A stretch of 63,850 bases of DNA, the filler included, from Reclinomonas americana ATCC 50394 (Eukaryota), in NCBI GenBank assembly GCA_048213135.1. It is 19 parts of 19 records of this genome, joined end to end, with 100 filler letters (N's around TTAATTAATTAA, not from the genome) between each part and the next. Parts side by side here need not be neighbours in the genome. Positions count along the whole stretch, not along the records: positions 61,376 to 63,850 come from AFZH01022376.1; 18 more parts are not named here. One strand, 5' to 3'. Both the position numbers and the translations under genes were made by a program. The notes under the pieces are model-generated. The model was not told the origin of the DNA, ran no database searches, and saw only the letters and a list, made by a program, of their open reading frames with translations. Shown one piece after another: positions 61,376-63,850 of the stretch (positions are counted from its first letter, which is position 1; every line of letters begins with the position of its first letter).

Positions 61376-63850
61376 GCCAAGAGCACCACGGAAGACTGCG
61401 GCACGATCCTTGTACTTTTCGCTGGCGAATGTGTTGAACATGCCTGTCGAGGTGCGAGGAGAGGGAGGTGAGTGCGGAGCCCGGCTGTGCGAGTGCGTGT
61501 AATGGAGTCTCACGCAACGAGTTTCCACGCATGCAATGGTGAACGAGGCCTCCACCGGCCACGAGCCAGTCATGTCTGTGCAAGAGGTCAGCAAGCTGCA
61601 TCGCAATGTTGGCGCTTGTCGTGCGCGACAGAACCTTCTCCGAGACCCTTGGCCAGCAGACCGCGAACAGAGTTGCGCAGCTTGTCGGAAACCTTGAGGG
61701 AAACATCGAGGTACTTGGAGCGATCAATGACTGTGTCCACACACAAAAAAGCTTGAGGAGACGGTCTGTGAGCGAAAACAAGATGCACACAACTCTCACC
61801 AGCAGGTGGCGCTTCTGATGGACGATCGCGTGAAGGATCCAGTGACAAAAAGTCAGACGATCCCGATGCAGATGGTGACGCCAGAGCGGTTGGTGACGCC
61901 AGAGCAGCTGGCTCTGGTGCCTGCGGTGGGCGAAGAGGGAAATGGCGTGAGTGCCAAGCTAACAAGGGGAACAGATCTTTAATGTACCTGCACAGTGTCG
62001 ACCTCCATTGCGGCAGGTGCAGTCGCCTATGTGCGGAGCAGTCGTGAGACATATCAACAGGAAGACAAGTGCGTGGACAAAAAGGAGCAAACCGATTCGA
62101 CTGGCGCCGATGCTGCAGGTGCTGCTGGTGGTGGCGGTGGTGGCGGTGCAGACTCCGCCGTTGGAGAGGTCTGCTAAAAGTGCACTCAACTGTCAGCACA
62201 TGAAAAAAGCAGTGACTGTGCTACAAAAAACACACACCGCAGTGACTTGCTCGCTGGCAACAGTGGCAGCAGCAGCAGGTGCCTCAACCTGTGCAGCCGG
62301 ATAGTCAGCGCACGCCTTTCCTCACCCTCCTCCCAGACACAACGCAACGACAGCTGGCGATGGCGGCACTGCGGCCGGGGACGGTGAGGTGGCCACGGCA
62401 GCGGCGGACTCCGACTGCTGCGAATCCGATGGAGGGAAGCGCCCGGTTTCCGAGGCGCCGGAGGGAGACTTGGGTGAAAGGAGGCCACCGGCTGAATCGC
62501 CGCTTTGCTACGCAGCAGAGATTCGCTATCAGCTTGAAGAGAGAGCCATGTGTAGAACAAGAACGGCTACGCACCGCGCCTAATGAGGCCAGGCTGTTGG
62601 CGCTCTCCAAACGCGGCATGGTGGCGGTCTGCGACAACAGAAGCAACACGATTGAGATCCCGACCAAGAGACAGAAAACATCGCGAGTGGCGAACCGGTA
62701 CACCAGCAATCGACTGCCACCGATCGATGAGCCGCTTGGCTCCGCGTCGGAGCTGTGCGTGGCGGTGAGCACCACAATGGGGAAGGCAACGACAACAACT
62801 GTACCTCCTTGGTGGTCTGCGTGTCCTCCTCGGAATCCTGCTTCGGCAGGCGTTTTCGCAGCGTGTTGACGGTCTTGCCGATCATGGTCGACTGCACTCA
62901 CTCACGCGTGAGAAAGACATCACCGCAGATTCATGCTGCTGGCAAGACGAACCCGCAAAACCTCGACAGTGAGCGTCGCCGTATTCTCCCACAGACCACG
63001 CAGACCGTCCCGCAGAGCCGAGAAATCCAGCTGCATAGGCATGCACACAGCACGTGAGTGCTCCACTGCTGCAAGGAAGGCATGCGACTGCATCACACCG
63101 TCGGCTTGTCCATCTCCTTCTTGAAGCGATCAATCACTGTCATCAGTGTGCTCTTCGGATCGGCGGCCTTGCTGCGCTTCGTCGCCGGCTCCTCGTCCTG
63201 CGACGCCGCCGCTGATGGGCGCTTGCTGCCAGCTGCTGCTGCCGTTATGGTAAGCGAACGATACTTATCCAACGGTGACATCCGAACGCACCAGCGCCAT
63301 TCTCCTCCTCCTCCGGCTTCTCCTTCTTCTTGCTGCCGCCGTTGGACGCCGACTCCTTGCTCTTGCTGCTCTTCTCCTCCTGTGCCTTCTTCGCCGGCTT
63401 CTGCTTCTTCTTGCTGTCGTCGTCTGAATCGTCCGCGCTCTTCTTCTTCGCCGCCTTCTTCTTGTCCTCCTCGCCCTTCTTGCTGCTGCTCTTCTTCTTC
63501 TTCGCCGCATCCTCGTCCTCCTCCTCATCATCGCTCAACACCTTGCGCGACTTGCTCGACGCCTTCTTGCTCTCCGCTGCGGCAGTCTTCCTGCGCTTCT
63601 TGGCCGGCGCATCATCGCTGTCGCTCTCATCGCTGCTGCCAGCCGCTCGCCGCTTCTTGCCGCCCTTGCTTGCCGCCGCCGCCTTCTTCTTCTTCGCCTT
63701 CGCATCATCATAGTCATCATCGTCGTCGTCGTCATCGTCGTCCTCATCGTCCAAGTCGCCCGACAACAGCATGCCCAGCGTGCTGCCACTGCTCATCCGC
63801 ACATCGCCATCATCATCATCATCCTCGTCCTCATCCTCGTCGTCGTCGTC
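61376..63850 (-). CDS. TFIIS-family protein (N-terminal TND/LW domain plus central domain) with a long Asp/Lys-rich N-terminal region; partial at both ends
   Basis: Spliced LRDGLRGLWENTATLTVEVL|QSTMIGKTVNTLRKRL matches the TFIIS N-domain pattern L..T.IG..VN.LRK. DKLRNSVRGLLAKGL and MFNTFASEKYKDRAA resemble TFIIS domain II. Confidence 0.65.

Overview
Eukaryotic genomic scaffold, GC-rich and intron-rich, probably from a flagellated protist. It consists of 19 contigs joined by 18 artificial 100-nt spacers (44 N + TTAATTAATTAA + 44 N). Genes that run across several gaps suggest the contig order is largely real. Most ORFs in the six-frame track are spurious or single exons. Main discovery: a minus-strand gene that I spliced by hand into 15 exons and 14 GT-AG introns (21273->14601, one continuous frame, at least ~1,876 aa, 5'-incomplete). 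Its C-terminal part carries a TnpB/Fanzor2-type RuvC + zinc-finger module with all three catalytic positions present (AFDPG ... VVMPFY ... VSECLSSRRCMCG ... CPQC ... HRDMKAA). This makes it a giant, intron-rich Fanzor-like fusion protein with more than 1,300 aa of unrecognised N-terminal sequence. Second system: two convergent tandem arrays with 13-14 intronless 7-bladed WD40 genes. They vary at top-face positions and share a conserved ~60-aa C-terminal tail with an F-box-like LPE(I/M)VL motif, resembling a diversifying receptor or E3-adaptor repertoire. Other genes: a CFAP119/CLAMP-like flagellar protein, an A/B-type cyclin, a conserved coiled-coil protein, a very large Pmp-repeat/Cys-rich/multi-TM surface protein, a TFIIS-domain protein and several hypothetical genes. 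All assignments come from motif recognition by eye; no searches were run.
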